A program made the position numbers and the translations under genes. 64,000 bases of DNA from Hemiscyllium ocellatum (lineage: Eukaryota): positions 21,532,755-21,596,754 of the forward strand of contig NC_083447.1 of NCBI RefSeq assembly GCF_020745735.1, read 5' to 3'. Below, one piece after another: positions 62,046 through 64,000 of this stretch. How positions within the stretch are numbered: the first letter of the stretch is position 1; every line of letters begins with the position of its first letter. The notes beneath the pieces were generated by a model. That model was not told the origin of the DNA and made no database searches. It saw only the letters and a program-made list of their open reading frames with translations.

Positions 62046-64000
62046 GGGATATGAGATCAGAAGCTGTCATGACAGATAATTTAATCTGTGCAATGAATGC
62101 CAGTATTGATATTTTAAAAAATAGTTTTAGAATGGGGCCGTAGTTCATCACAGAAATCCATTGGAACAGGGGGAGATCATTCAGCCTCTCTCAGTGATTC
62201 CATCATTCATAGCTGATCTGAAGCTTAATTCCTTGTATCCAGCTTTAGTCATTACTCCTTGAGACTTTTCTTAACAAAACATTATAAATCCCAAAATCTA
62301 TGTTAACAACTGATCCTGAATTTGTTGCTCTTTGTGGACAAGATTGCCAAACATCTGCTCCATTTCATGTGTAGATGTGCTTTTTAACATGTCTCCTGAA
62401 TGATCTGGTCCTAATTCTCAGACAATGATCCCTAGTTCTGGTATCCTCAAACAGTCAAAATATTTGTCTTTATCTACCTTGTCTTTTCATGTCACTATCT
62501 TGAAGTCTTCGATCAAATCATACTTCAAACTTCTAAATTCTACAGAAAAGTAATGTCCCGAATTAATGCTTCACTAATGTCCCTAAAGCATGGTAGCTTG
62601 CTGGTCTTAAATGAGCTGGTCTATGAGTCCATACTCACTATGTGGTTGCTTTCAAGAATGATACAGAAAACCACAAAACTGTCAGCAAGATCTGTAACTA
62701 GCGCACATTGTCTGGCTCAGGAAAGTAGGTCATAATTATCTTTACAAGAACAATAGAATTGACAATAAATTCAGTAATTTCCGCATGCTTGCATAGTGAA
62801 TGAAAATTAAAGGGCTTACTCAAACCATGAGTACCTAAACATGTGTGTACCTAGTATCCCATCTCTAGACTTCCCACTAAGACAAAAGGTGCTTGTATGT
62901 TTCCATCATTCCCTTCAATGATCTGTGTTTCAATACTCATTTGAGTGACCAATCTACAATTACTTTAACGTGCTGTCAACCACCCATATCCCTCATTAGT
63001 ATCTGTGCTGTCTCCTGCATTACTAAATCCTGAATTTACATAGCATGCTAATGTATCTGTCATATTATTTCTTCCAGAAAGATTTATCCTTTGCATATTT
63101 TGACCTATTTTTGGTTGTCCCTTTGTCCTTGAACTCTAAAGTGTTTCTTACATTTTGCTTGGTTGCTGACTTACTTTCTACCCTCTATAAACTTGATCTT
63201 ACACCAATGACTGTCACCTAAGTCTCAACTCATATCGGGTCACATTCCCCTATCCATATGGTGCTCACTGACATACATGACCTTTTCATAAATCAGCATC
63301 TTGTTTTGAAAAACTTTGGACTTGTTTGAAAATATTTGAAATGCTCCCTGACTCCAAATCCATAAACCTCTAAGATACTTGTATTCTTCAATTCACCAAA
63401 CTGTGGTCTCTTGGGCTACTCAATTAACTCTTTCCACTGCCTCTCCACACTCCCCAGACCTGGATGTTATTTCCTCATTGAAATTACTCTTTTAACCTGC
63501 TTGATCAATCTTTTGATCTTTTGACCTGTTATCAATTTATGTGACTAATTTACCATTTTTAATGGAAATGTGAAAGGTATGTGGGTTCATTAATAATTCT
63601 GTATAAATTCTTAAATTGTTTGTTTATGCCTGTACGCCTTGCATTGGAAGGGGGTCAGTTCGCTCAGTTGGTAGGTTTACATTTACCTTTAATATTTTGT
63701 GGTTCCACTGCTTTCTGGCATATTTCAGCTCCTGCATCTACTGTGAACTTCCAGCAGCTGCTGATTTCTCATTTTGAAACACTTATCAAGCAAATTTCTT
63801 AAAGATTTAGGTCCTACGTCTGCTATGTGTTTCCCATTTTGAGAGCTTATTCTTGCCTTTATTGTGCATTTTCCCCAGTTCTTGCATTCACATTGTAAAT
63901 ATCCCTCAAATGGGGTGCTGAATTATATTGTTTTGTAAAAAAGAACAACTGGTGGAAGGCTTAGTTTATCACAATGCATAATTCGAATAAATCATTTACT

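Noticed and set aside
55000-64000. An inverted V downstream of C, as in mammals
   Set aside because: No V framework or 23-RSS found by eye on either strand; a 138-nt gap and sequence beyond the window remain unexamined.
1-64000. Remaining short ORFs in the track; CRISPR, rRNA or tRNA genes
   Set aside because: The ORFs are repeat-derived, antisense shadows or random. No CRISPR-like array was seen, and tRNA-like sequences are SINE heads.

Overview
Vertebrate, AT-rich, repeat-laden DNA, most likely from a shark (inferred from HE1-like SINEs, CR1/Penelope/Rex1 relics and the TCR sequences). The window holds a rearranging T-cell receptor beta locus that reads V-D-J-C from left to right. It has four intact V genes (leader + V exon + 23-spacer RSS) and one V pseudogene. 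These are followed by one D (12-RSS/GGGACAGCAGGG/23-RSS), six intact J segments, three defective J segments and a four-exon C-beta gene ending in ...WKTKISSSKRFD*. TCR-beta itself is a known system, so any novelty is in the details. (1) Two convergent CAWS-type V genes resemble the mammalian TRBV30 lineage, and one is inverted but lies 5' of D-J-C. (2) A candidate E-beta enhancer with an ETS-RUNX-GATA-E-box cluster sits about 6.4 kb past the C-beta stop. (3) The D and J RSSs show the mammal-like strong-D/weak-J asymmetry. (4) There are cryptic splice features, and about ten minimal hammerhead-ribozyme motifs in Penelope-like relics, including a tandem pair. All homology calls are from memory and hand reading. 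No database search was run, repeat boundaries are approximate, and more V genes may lie upstream of the window.
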